64,000 nt of DNA from Obrimoposthia wandeli (lineage: Eukaryota), in NCBI GenBank assembly GCA_977020255.1, contig CDROCS010006702.1:1-64000 (forward strand). Reading direction: 5' to 3'. Shown here piece by piece: positions 30,532 to 40,036 of the stretch (position 1 is the stretch's first letter; each line of letters opens with the position of its first letter). The notes beneath the pieces were generated by a model. That model was not told where the DNA came from, did no database searches, and saw only the letters and a list, made by a program, of their open reading frames with translations. A program made the position numbers and the translations under genes.

Positions 30532-31419
30532 ATGAACTTACTTAAAAAGCACATTCCCAATATTCATAATTTACAAAGTTTTGTTTGCGCCGCTAAACAT
30601 AATAGTTTTACCCAAGCTGCTCTTGAGCTGCATTTAACTCAAAGCGCTATCAGTAGACAAATAAAAGACCTTGAAAATCAATTAGGCGTGACGCTGTTTA
30701 AAAGAGTGAGACAACGTGTTGTGCTAACCGATACAGGTGAGCGTTTCTTACAAGATGCACAGAAAATTTTGCATATTACACAAGATGCCATGCTAAGAGC
30801 AATGTCGGTCGGTGCAAAATCTTCCCTTAACATTGCTGCATTACCGACTTTTACCAGCCGTTGGATTATTCCAAAATTATCTAGTTTCATTAGCCAGAAT
30901 CCAAACATTGCGTTGAGCTTTAATTCCAAAACTGAGCCCTTTACCTTCACCGATAAAATGGCAGATTTAGCCATTCATTTTGGAAAACCTAATTGGCCAC
31001 AAGCCAGTTGCTTTTTAATCTGTAAAGAAGAGATGATTCCGGTAGCCAGCAAAGAGTACTTAATAAGTAACCCTATCAATGAATCACATGATTTAGAAAC
31101 GCTAAACTTGCTACAGCTGACTAGCCGTTTAGGAAGTTGGAAGTTATGGTTTGATCAGCACGATTTAGATATTAGCCAAAACAATCATTTAAGTTTTGAT
31201 CAATTTTCAATGATTATTGACGCACTCAAAGCAAATTTAGGCATCGCCTTATTACCAAAATATTTTATCGATGCCGAGTTAGCAGAAGGCTCAATGGTGC
31301 AACTAGGCAAAGCAATAACCACTGATGATTGTTATTACTTAGTGATCCCCGATGATAAAGCAGAGAATGAACAAGTAATCTGCTTTAAACAATGGATTTT
31401 ATCCATCGCTCAAGAGTAG
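30532..31419 (+). CDS. LysR-family regulator (GcvA-like), divergent from hglS
   Basis: HTH SFTQAALELHLTQSAISRQIKDLE; ALPTFTSRWIIPKL. Confidence 0.92.
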   Translation: MNLLKKHIPNIHNLQSFVCAAKHNSFTQAALELHLTQSAISRQIKDLENQLGVTLFKRVRQRVVLTDTGERFLQDAQKILHITQDAMLRAMSVGAKSSLNIAALPTFTSRWIIPKLSSFISQNPNIALSFNSKTEPFTFTDKMADLAIHFGKPNWPQASCFLICKEEMIPVASKEYLISNPINESHDLETLNLLQLTSRLGSWKLWFDQHDLDISQNNHLSFDQFSMIIDALKANLGIALLPKYFIDAELAEGSMVQLGKAITTDDCYYLVIPDDKAENEQVICFKQWILSIAQE

Positions 31420-31426
31420 TTGCTGA

Positions 31427-31804
31427 TTAATTTATTGTTTTCTTCCACACCGCAAACTCATTGCCGTTGGGGTCATTAAAATGAAAACGCGTGCCCCCTG
31501 GGAATGAAAATATATCTTTTACAATTAATCCACCCTGCGCTTTTATTACGCTCATAGTTTGTGCTAAATCGTCACTGTAAAGCACTACAAGCACGCTACC
31601 ATTTTCAGGGGTTGATACTTTGTCTGATAAGTAAAACCCGCCATCAAGCGTAGCATTATCAATACTGCAGTACTGCGGCCCATAATCGGTAAAATGCCAA
31701 TCGAACACGGCACTAAAAAACGCCTTAGTCGCCGCTATATCTGAGGCCGGTATTTCTATGTAATTAATTTTATGATGTTGTGACATATAAACTCCTGCAT
31801 CCAT
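31427..31804 (-). CDS. VOC/glyoxalase-family protein
   Basis: INYIEIP...FFSAVFDW...FPGGTRFHFNDPNGNEFAVW. Confidence 0.88.
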   Translation of the reverse strand: MDAGVYMSQHHKINYIEIPASDIAATKAFFSAVFDWHFTDYGPQYCSIDNATLDGGFYLSDKVSTPENGSVLVVLYSDDLAQTMSVIKAQGGLIVKDIFSFPGGTRFHFNDPNGNEFAVWKKTIN

Positions 31805-31837
31805 TGTCTGTGTTGCTAAACATTACGTCCATTACCA

Positions 31838-32902
31838 CTAGTTACTATAACTTATTGATAACGAGCCGTATTTTTGAGCTTCACTTTGTCCATTAAACTC
31901 TTTTGTGCGATAAACATGTGAGTAACTTACATTCCAACGTTTATAGGTAGTACTGACACCTACGGTGATATCTGCTACTAACCTTTTTTTATCCACGCTA
32001 TGACTTTGCGTAAAAGTATTGCCATCTAAAAATATATTTCGGCCAACCAAGCGAGCATCCCCCGCTAAAAAAGCATGTACTTGCAAATCCCGCTTATTAG
32101 GATCACCAGTGCCTGGGTTATTACTATCACCTCCAGGTCTTAACGTTGACGTGCCAAAATCTTGTGCTAAAGTACCGCCCACACGCCATTCAGCACCTGC
32201 GTTCACATAGGTGGCAACATTGCCTATGCTTGCTCCCCAATGGGAGATAACATCAGTATCTAGCACATTAAACACTTTGCCTTTAAGCGGTTTAAAACGT
32301 CGCTTACGCTCAAAAACTAATTGTACACCTAGCTCGTTTTTTAATTGATTGTCCCAGCCATGAAATCTTTCAATTGAGCGCGCATCGTGTATCAAATTTT
32401 GTGACTCTTGAGCTAATGCAGCAGGCCCAACAACCCCCAAATTCAGTTCAAAACTGTGCAGTCTATTAGCTGTTCTCGCTTGGTAACCAATACCACCGTA
32501 TAACCAGCCCGCATAAGGGCGGTCTGTTTTATCTAAAACTCTCTTTTGTTTGTCTTTAGGCGTAAACATTAACTGGCCAACACTGACAACTATGTTTCTA
32601 TGAACCGTCTCATTGGAAGAGAGTTCAGGATGAAGTGGCTCTAATAGAGTATTTATCTCTTCAACCCATTGATAAGTCTTCTGCTGATTATCCAAAAAGC
32701 TAGTCACATCTGGAGACACCCATGAAGCTCTCACTCCATTGGTATAATTCAAATCGGTATCCGCAAACAAGTCATTTTCAAGATGCAAATTGAACGTCCA
32801 TGCATCCTCGTCTGCCAACACGGGTAGGGAAATTATAGTCATCACTATCAAGTTAAAGATGACGCTTATTTTTTTATTCATATTATTAAGTATATCTAGC
32901 AA
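31838..32902 (-). CDS. lpxR: Lipid A 3'-O-deacylase LpxR family outer-membrane protein (DUF2219)
   Basis: Signal peptide, ENDLF...YTNG, GQLMFTP, DRPYAGWLY, GWDNQLKNE, FLDGNTF, beta-strand C-terminus. Confidence 0.78.
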   Translation of the reverse strand: MLDILNNMNKKISVIFNLIVMTIISLPVLADEDAWTFNLHLENDLFADTDLNYTNGVRASWVSPDVTSFLDNQQKTYQWVEEINTLLEPLHPELSSNETVHRNIVVSVGQLMFTPKDKQKRVLDKTDRPYAGWLYGGIGYQARTANRLHSFELNLGVVGPAALAQESQNLIHDARSIERFHGWDNQLKNELGVQLVFERKRRFKPLKGKVFNVLDTDVISHWGASIGNVATYVNAGAEWRVGGTLAQDFGTSTLRPGGDSNNPGTGDPNKRDLQVHAFLAGDARLVGRNIFLDGNTFTQSHSVDKKRLVADITVGVSTTYKRWNVSYSHVYRTKEFNGQSEAQKYGSLSISYSN

Positions 32903-33184
32903 TAATTAAGGTGGCTCTAACGGCTCAGTGCAGCATGTTTAGCGCTGTTTCATTATAAATGACAATTGTTAAGGCCTAAGCTCTTTGCCATAAGCTTTAT
33001 AATATCAATGAAGCTAAAACAGAGACAAGTACTTACCTACTCATCTTGCAAAATCAGTGCAATTCCCCGTGCTGTTACCAAAACAAATCCTTATAATAAG
33101 CGTCATTTACAGACAACTAAAATTGTTTGGGTAAATCATTAAGCTTTATATTTTTATAAAGACTTAATTCAAGGTCTATATACT

Positions 33185-34201
33185 ATGTCGACTCAAGATT
33201 CTTCAACGCTTACGCCCGCTCAATCATCAAGCTTTATTTTGAACTACCCTATATTTGCAGATAATTTAAATGACGATGTATATTCAGTACTCACTTATTT
33301 GCAGTTGCATATGCCACTATTGAGCTATGAAGAGATTACACAGTGGTCTGCTAAACACGATATCTTAATTGATAATGCGCCTGCCAACTTAGAAGACCCT
33401 GTACTAGCCGATCAAATACTAACTATCGTTGTTCATCAACATTTCGAACAAAAGGTCGATACTCAATGGCATATCGTGTGGCAAAACGATGAAATCATGG
33501 CCGTTTATAAACCAGCGCCCTTAGCTGTTAGCCGTACTACGCGTAATTTATATGACACCTTAATAAATTTAATCAGAAGACAAACACCTTTCTATCGCGC
33601 TCAGCTATTGCATCGTTTAGACATCGAAACGAGTGGGTTAATATTGATCGCTAAAAATAAAGACAGTGATGTTAAATACAAAAAGATATTAAAGCAGCTG
33701 ATTGAAGTAAAAATATACCATGCCATTGTGAAAGGAAAACCTACATGGGCGGAGCATTTATGTACTAATGAGCTCGCAGAAAAAAATGACAGTGATATTC
33801 GCTGTAAAATGTATGTAGTCAATCCTCTAGAGCTTAGAGAGCATTATAAAAAACCAAAAGAAAGCCAAACATTATTCAAATTTATAGAATCTTCTGGTGA
33901 CTATTCGCTAATAGAATGCCAATTGTTTACAGGAAGAAAGCACCAGATTCGCGCACAACTAGCAGATCTTGATTTACCCATTGTCGGCGATAAAATTTAT
34001 AACCACGATGGACACTTTTTTCTAAAGCGTTTAGCACATGTACAAGGCTTAGATGAGGGTGATTATGAAGTGCTGGGGACTAAAAACCACTTATTAAAAG
34101 CAGTTAAAATCGGCTTACGATTGCACCTTGATGAGCCTCTTATTGATATTGAATGTGAGGGTTTATCTCAAGAACTAAACAAGTTGAATATTGAGCATTA
34201 A
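33185..34201 (+). CDS. RluA/RluD-family RNA pseudouridine synthase
   Basis: VYKPA, HRLDIETSGL (catalytic Asp), TGRKHQIRAQL, PIVGDKIY. Confidence 0.88.
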   Translation: MSTQDSSTLTPAQSSSFILNYPIFADNLNDDVYSVLTYLQLHMPLLSYEEITQWSAKHDILIDNAPANLEDPVLADQILTIVVHQHFEQKVDTQWHIVWQNDEIMAVYKPAPLAVSRTTRNLYDTLINLIRRQTPFYRAQLLHRLDIETSGLILIAKNKDSDVKYKKILKQLIEVKIYHAIVKGKPTWAEHLCTNELAEKNDSDIRCKMYVVNPLELREHYKKPKESQTLFKFIESSGDYSLIECQLFTGRKHQIRAQLADLDLPIVGDKIYNHDGHFFLKRLAHVQGLDEGDYEVLGTKNHLLKAVKIGLRLHLDEPLIDIECEGLSQELNKLNIEH

Positions 34202-34292
34202 ACAACCTAGGCACCAGCTTTTATATGTAAAATTTTGCGTACAGATTCTATTTTTTAAATCTATATTTTTCACTCTCTGTTGGCCATATCTT

Positions 34293-35495
34293 TTAATAAA
34301 AAGTGAGTGTCGCTGTAAACTGTTGCTCACATTTTTGTGTAGTAAACTGCCAGTTATTTGCATCGCTAATTCGTTGTACTATTTGTAAACCAACGCCGTG
34401 CTGAGCATCATACGCCATGTTTATGGCATCATTTTTAATACTCAGTTGATTACTGTTCGCTATTATCATGATTCCTTTATCGCCATGGCGTAAAGCATTT
34501 CGTAATAAGTTATCAACAACCATCGATAGCATTTCAGGCTTAACGAGCCAATCAATCTCGCTCAATTGCAACTGGATATCATCTCGATCACTGGCTGAAA
34601 CGGTATCTAATACATGTTCAATCAACAATTTCAGCTTTGATGTATTAACTTGTTCGACTATAAATTTATCTTCTTTCTCGTCTTCACGCCCCAGCCATAA
34701 AAACACTTCTATTAAACTGTTCATACGATTAACAGCAGTATCTAAGCGTTGTAATACTCGTGTGTTTAAATCATTTTTGGGAATTGTTTGTTCCAAAAGA
34801 TCCAAATTACCACGAATGACTGTGACAGGTGTACGAAGCTCATGACTTGAAAAGCGCGTAAAATCACGCTCGCGCTGAGCAAAATTACGCAGTTTTGTTA
34901 CCAGCTCACTAAAATGGTTACTCAGTTCACCGATTTCATCTTCTCTTTGCAGTATTGGTAACTGATCTGAGTCGATGTCTATATTCTTCACCACTTCTTG
35001 TAACTCTATTACTGGGGAAGTAAGTTTCTTAGCCATATATAGCACTATAAAAGCGACGATAATGCTGGCTAAAACAGCCACTAAAAGCACAAAGAATATA
35101 TCGTCCCACTCTTCTTCTAAAAAGCTGCTCTCATCATCTTCAATATGGATAACTAAATAGTATTTCAGTTTGCTACTTGGGTTACTCCCAACAATTAATT
35201 GCTCGCCTACTGTTGGTGAATAAAAGCCATATTCGGTAAAACCCTTCAGCTTTTCAGGAAGCGCTTCATTGTCATAATACAAGTCGAAAATATCAGTTTT
35301 AATAGTTTGCTGCGTAGTCGCTGTTTCAATCAATACTTGAGCTATATTCTTATTCAAAGCATCATTTAACTCATCACCATGGCCGCTTTCAATCACTTCA
35401 AATAATACCCATAGCGCGATAAGAGTTAGAGTCACTAATAAAAAAGTGTAAGCGCTAATAACTAGGGTAAAACGCTGTCTATAATTGAGTTGCAT
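34293..35495 (-). CDS. Membrane sensor histidine kinase (HAMP-HisKA-HATPase)
   Basis: Two TM helices, HAMP (DEIGELS), H-box SHELRTP, N-box NLLRNA, HGVGL G2; G1 box not recognisable. Confidence 0.88.
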   Translation of the reverse strand: MQLNYRQRFTLVISAYTFLLVTLTLIALWVLFEVIESGHGDELNDALNKNIAQVLIETATTQQTIKTDIFDLYYDNEALPEKLKGFTEYGFYSPTVGEQLIVGSNPSSKLKYYLVIHIEDDESSFLEEEWDDIFFVLLVAVLASIIVAFIVLYMAKKLTSPVIELQEVVKNIDIDSDQLPILQREDEIGELSNHFSELVTKLRNFAQRERDFTRFSSHELRTPVTVIRGNLDLLEQTIPKNDLNTRVLQRLDTAVNRMNSLIEVFLWLGREDEKEDKFIVEQVNTSKLKLLIEHVLDTVSASDRDDIQLQLSEIDWLVKPEMLSMVVDNLLRNALRHGDKGIMIIANSNQLSIKNDAINMAYDAQHGVGLQIVQRISDANNWQFTTQKCEQQFTATLTFY

Positions 35496-35552
35496 GTACG
35501 TTACTCATTCTTGAATTCTGGTGTTTAGCTTCTATTACTAAAACGACGAAAG

Positions 35553-36266
35553 TTACGGTTCATTTTTTAGCTCATCCTTTTTTAGCTCATCCCTTTTTAA
35601 CAAGCGATACCCTTGACCTCTGAGAGTTTGTAACAAATCATCATCAAAAGGCTTATCTATAATTTTTCGTAATTGATATAAGTGACTTCGCAGCACATCA
35701 TTATCAGGTAATTCATCTTGCCATACTACATGTTCAAGCTGCTCTCGTGTAATCACTTTAGGAGCTTGAGTCATTAAACAGCGTAATATTTTAAATTGAA
35801 TTTTGTTTAAGGTTAGCTCAACGCCTGCTCGGTTAACTCGCTTACCTTCTAAGTCCATTTCTAAATCGCCATAGCGTAAATGTGATAAAGCCTGGCGTGA
35901 AACACGATTACCTAATGCATGAATACGACACAACAGCTCATCCATGGCAAAAGGCTTTACTAGATAGTCATCGCCACCAGTTTTAAAACCGCTCAACTTA
36001 TCTGCAAGTGTATCTCGTGCGGTCAAAAATATAATGGGGGTGGTGCATCCGTTTGCTCGCAGCTGTCTACACGTTTCTAAGCCATCAATGCCAGGCATCA
36101 TCACATCTAATACGATTACATCGTAATGATTCTTAGCCACTAGCGCGATGCCTTGTTTTCCATTTTGCGCGCAATCAGCCACAATATCGTTAATTGTTAG
36201 CTGATCTACTATCGTCGATAATATATCGCTTTCATCATCAATCACTAATACTTGCATATTGCACAA
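35553..36266 (-). CDS. OmpR-family response regulator
   Basis: LVIDDE, VLDVMMP, FLTA, DDYLVKPF, C-terminal winged helix TLRGQGY. Confidence 0.93.
   Translation of the reverse strand: MCNMQVLVIDDESDILSTIVDQLTINDIVADCAQNGKQGIALVAKNHYDVIVLDVMMPGIDGLETCRQLRANGCTTPIIFLTARDTLADKLSGFKTGGDDYLVKPFAMDELLCRIHALGNRVSRQALSHLRYGDLEMDLEGKRVNRAGVELTLNKIQFKILRCLMTQAPKVITREQLEHVVWQDELPDNDVLRSHLYQLRKIIDKPFDDDLLQTLRGQGYRLLKRDELKKDELKNEP
35563..35592. repeat. Perfect 15-bp tandem duplication in the 3' end of the response regulator gene
   Basis: TTTTTTAGCTCATCC twice, encoding DELKK-DELK. Confidence 0.85.
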
Positions 36267-36332
36267 CCAGCTAATTTATTACTAACTATATTAATATCGA
36301 TTAAAGGTTTTGTCATCTCGTAATATTCCTAC

Positions 36333-37100
36333 TCAAATTCTAGTGTTTAGCTCATGACTAAGTTCACTTTTACTGCTCCAAATAGAGAGCCGCGGCTTAA
36401 TTCTCATACCCCATAACAATGGGGATAAAGCACAAGCCATTGTCCAGCAGATCGCTAAGGTCCATAAATCATGTGATAAAAAATGCGCACCTCTAATTTG
36501 TTGAACACCACCTAACACCACGCCCAACAATATAACGCCAACAAGCGCTACCCTTTTTAAATTGGGCATATATTTTAGAGACACGAAATACAAACCGATC
36601 CAAGCATAACCTGAGCTAGCATGGCCGGCGGGAAAACAATTACTATCAGGATAAAACGAGGGCCTTAACTCATAGATTGAAAAGTAAGGTATATCACCGC
36701 CAAAATTAGTAATATACCAAGGGCAATCAACTTGTGTAAGCTGCTTTGTGAGCGATACGATAGAGATTGAAATTAGTATCGTAAGCATTAAATACCCTAA
36801 TCCCTCTTTATATTTCATTAAGTTGTTAATTGCTGTAAATGTGGGTGTTTTTGATGAAATGTAACAAATAATCCAAAATACTATCAAGCTCAAAGCGATA
36901 ACAATCAGCCATTGACGCGCACCGTTGTGTAATACATCTTGTAACAACCAATGATCTTTTAAGAGCCATTGTTCACCTTGAAGCTGATATAGAAATGTTG
37001 CTAGCTTTAAATCAACATCAAATATTTCAACGCTTATTATTAATAGGGCTAAGCAGCTCAATGGTTTAATTAAATACGCAGTCCAGTATTGCATTTGCAT
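36333..37100 (-). CDS. PAP2-family membrane phosphatase
   Basis: KQLTQVDCPW (C1), FPAGHASSG (C2), QQIRGAHFLSHD (C3). Confidence 0.88.
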   Translation of the reverse strand: MQMQYWTAYLIKPLSCLALLIISVEIFDVDLKLATFLYQLQGEQWLLKDHWLLQDVLHNGARQWLIVIALSLIVFWIICYISSKTPTFTAINNLMKYKEGLGYLMLTILISISIVSLTKQLTQVDCPWYITNFGGDIPYFSIYELRPSFYPDSNCFPAGHASSGYAWIGLYFVSLKYMPNLKRVALVGVILLGVVLGGVQQIRGAHFLSHDLWTLAICWTMACALSPLLWGMRIKPRLSIWSSKSELSHELNTRI

Positions 37101-37102
37101 CG

Positions 37103-38764
37103 CTAAGCACCTGTATCATTTTGCTTTGTGCAGGTAGCAAACACATCAAGCTTACTATCGTAGAGCTTGCTCTTTACCCCCATTAGCCCTAATAGTGAAT
37201 GGAATAAATTATCGTGTGAAATGCTGTTATTTTGCGTATCTGCTAAGCAGCCTCCATCTATTTTAAATGTCTTTTTAAACTCTTGTGAAAACCAAGCCAT
37301 AAACGGTATTTTATATTGCACCTCTGGCGCCATTGAATAAGGTAAGCCATGTAGGTAAATATTATTTTCACCTAATGATTCACCATGATCAGACACGTAC
37401 AACATAGCCGTAGTATATTTATCACTGCGCTGTGCTAAGAACTCAATCGTTTTATTAATAAAGTGGTCTGTGTATAAAATAGTATTATCATAACTATTGA
37501 TAATACTTTGTTGAGAGCAGCTACTTAAATCTGAGCTTTCACAAACCGGAGTGAATTTTTCAAATGCTTGCGGATACCGCTTATAATACGCTGGCCCATG
37601 ACTACCATTTTGATGTAATACGATAACAGTATTTTTATTATTTCGTGCTAAGTATTGATCAAGGTTGGACAGTAATACCTCATCAAAGCAGCGCTGTCCG
37701 TTACAAAACTCTTCAGTTTTGAAAGCTGCTTGTGCTTGTGTTTCGACCCGATCGCAAACACCCTTGCAGCCGGAGTTGTTTTCTCGCCACATGACATCAA
37801 AACCCACTTTTTTAAAAATATCTAGCACATTTTCTGAATTTTTAGCCTGCCAATTATTAAAGTTATTTTTCGTTTGATACGAAAACATACAAGGCACAGA
37901 TACGGCGGTTGCAGTACCACACGAACTAGCATCACGAAAATTAATAATAGATTGTTGCGCAAGTTTTGGATTAGTTTTTCGTCGATATCCATTTAAAGAA
38001 AAATTCATAGATCTTGCTGTTTCACCGACAATGACGATAGTAACAACTTTTTTATTACTCTTTTCTTGCAATTTTTGCCACTGCGGTTTTATAGACGCAT
38101 TGGAATCTAGTATTTCAAAATCTGCGTCACGCTGCTCATAAGCGCCTGATAAATATCGTACGCTATAATAGATATAACTCGATGGCACAATAACATTGCG
38201 TATCTCACGATTATTGCGAAAAGTAGAAGAATAATCCTTATAAAAAACCGCTAAATTAATAGCAATCATTAAGACACAGCCAAAGGTAATAATAGATCCC
38301 TTTTTAAGCTCTTTAAAAAAGGAGTTATATTCAATTTTACACCACATTACCAGTGCTGAAGGTAGCAAACCAAACAATACGAAGTACATCAACATATTCA
38401 TACTAAAGATATCGAGCACCTCTTTAGTATCTGTCTCTAATGTGTTTTGAATCATGGTTTTATCAAACACAATCCCATAAGAATTCATAAAAAAAACAGC
38501 AAAGAATGCGCTTATAAAAAGGGTAATAGCCAATGGCTTTTGGATAAACTTAACGCTAAAGCAGGTTAAAACAAAAGTAAAAGTAGCTACCAAAAAAACA
38601 GCGAATGACACGATAAAAAAGAGCGACTTAATACTGTGAATATCATTGTCACCAATCAACAAACGCCATAGCGGTTGATTATATAAAGCAACCAAAGCAA
38701 TAGAGATAACCAAGTTGAATGTAAAACTTGATAAATATAGAGGTTTGACTCGCAGTTTTGTCAT
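37103..38764 (-). CDS. eptA: Lipid A phosphoethanolamine transferase
   Basis: Five N-terminal TM helices; VGETAR, CGTATAVSVPCMFS (catalytic Thr), HQNGSHGPAYY, SDHGESLGE. Confidence 0.93.
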   Translation of the reverse strand: MTKLRVKPLYLSSFTFNLVISIALVALYNQPLWRLLIGDNDIHSIKSLFFIVSFAVFLVATFTFVLTCFSVKFIQKPLAITLFISAFFAVFFMNSYGIVFDKTMIQNTLETDTKEVLDIFSMNMLMYFVLFGLLPSALVMWCKIEYNSFFKELKKGSIITFGCVLMIAINLAVFYKDYSSTFRNNREIRNVIVPSSYIYYSVRYLSGAYEQRDADFEILDSNASIKPQWQKLQEKSNKKVVTIVIVGETARSMNFSLNGYRRKTNPKLAQQSIINFRDASSCGTATAVSVPCMFSYQTKNNFNNWQAKNSENVLDIFKKVGFDVMWRENNSGCKGVCDRVETQAQAAFKTEEFCNGQRCFDEVLLSNLDQYLARNNKNTVIVLHQNGSHGPAYYKRYPQAFEKFTPVCESSDLSSCSQQSIINSYDNTILYTDHFINKTIEFLAQRSDKYTTAMLYVSDHGESLGENNIYLHGLPYSMAPEVQYKIPFMAWFSQEFKKTFKIDGGCLADTQNNSISHDNLFHSLLGLMGVKSKLYDSKLDVFATCTKQNDTGA

Positions 38765-39172
38765 TAAAAGCCTGTGTACGGGTAAGTGAATCGAACCCTA
38801 TAGTAGAACAAAGGATGTGAAGTAAAGGTGAAATAAATAGTCGTTTTTTCTCAGACTGCTGCTACAATTTATTATATAAAAGTACTATCAGTATGTTACG
38901 CAATTTTGTGTTGCTTTTTTTGATAATCATTGCCAAAACCACAAATTTACGTATGTTTTTATTTAGTTTTAGATAAATTTCATCATGGTGAAAAAGGTAT
39001 CCTTTCTATTTGATTTTATAGAATATTATTTTTTAATTGTAGTGCACTATGTTACTTCAGTATTGCCTTAAGAATATCTTAACTTTTTAAGATAATCTAC
39101 ATCGGACACGGGATGCATATGCAATTTAGAAACGCCAACACCCACCTAATAAGCCTTACGCTCCCCTTAGCA

Positions 39173-39970
39173 ATGAGGTTATTTTTAACTTTATTGAGCA
39201 CTTTATTTTTTCCACTCACGGTGAATGCCGCTACGTTTTCATACTCAGGAGAAAGCCCTTTCGCCCAATTACACATTAAAGGGGAGATACAAAAAGGGGA
39301 TTACAACAAAATGCTTGTGCTGATGAATAAACAACAAGATATCCCTTACCTGCTAAAACTGCACTCCAGAGGCGGCAACGTAATGGAAGCTATTAAAATC
39401 GGCTCATTTGCGCGCAAATATCTCATTCGTTTTGAGTCAACTAAATGTAACAGCGCTTGTGCTTTTATTTTATTAGGCAGCGTATATGAAAGCGATAACA
39501 AACAAGGCGTAATAGGGTTACATCGCCCTAAATTCAATAAAAATTTCTTTTCTAAATTAAACTCTCAACAAGCAACTCAAAAATATCAACGTTTACGCTC
39601 TACAGTCGAGAGTTACATGCGAGCGATGGGAGCAAGATCTCCATTAATCACAAAAATGTTTTCTATTCCTTCAGGTTCAATGGAGTACCTGCCTAAAATA
39701 CAAGTTTACAATATGATTAATACCCCACCTGAGGGCTACTCTGAATGGATTATCTCTAAATGCGGCGATGACTTAACCAAGCAGGAGTATCATGATTTAA
39801 TGGCTTATCACAAAGATCGCACCCTTTTTAGCCAAACATACTTTAATTATCTCGATGGCAAATCAACAGCTCACTTTGGCTGTGAGCTAGAATCTGTCAG
39901 AAATGAGCAGGTACGATTGTTCAACCAAGATTTCAAATTAGTGGGCAAACAAACCTCTTTCAAGCAATAA
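39173..39970 (+). CDS. Secreted ClpP/crotonase-fold hypothetical protein (COG3904-like)
   Basis: Signal peptide from ATG 39173 (MRLFLTLL...VNA); LHSRGGNVMEAIKIG, CNSAC and GLHRP motifs. Track start is 39113. Confidence 0.65.
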   Translation: MRLFLTLLSTLFFPLTVNAATFSYSGESPFAQLHIKGEIQKGDYNKMLVLMNKQQDIPYLLKLHSRGGNVMEAIKIGSFARKYLIRFESTKCNSACAFILLGSVYESDNKQGVIGLHRPKFNKNFFSKLNSQQATQKYQRLRSTVESYMRAMGARSPLITKMFSIPSGSMEYLPKIQVYNMINTPPEGYSEWIISKCGDDLTKQEYHDLMAYHKDRTLFSQTYFNYLDGKSTAHFGCELESVRNEQVRLFNQDFKLVGKQTSFKQ

Positions 39971-39975
39971 CTACC

Positions 39976-40036
39976 TAGTTTTCATCCAGAAACAGGGCAG
40001 TCACGAGAGCGATTCAATGATTAGAGATGGGCACTA
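39976..40036. mobile_element. 61-bp TA-flanked MITE-like element (short form)
   Basis: TA-GTTTTCATCC...GATGGGCAC-TA with imperfect terminal inverted repeats; shares GTCACGAGAGCGATTCAATGATTAGAGATGGG exactly with 52937-52968. Confidence 0.75.

Noticed and set aside
37103-38764. Mobile mcr colistin-resistance gene
   Set aside because: No flanking IS or target duplication; embedded in a chromosomal-type operon with its own two-component system. Family placement needs a phylogeny.
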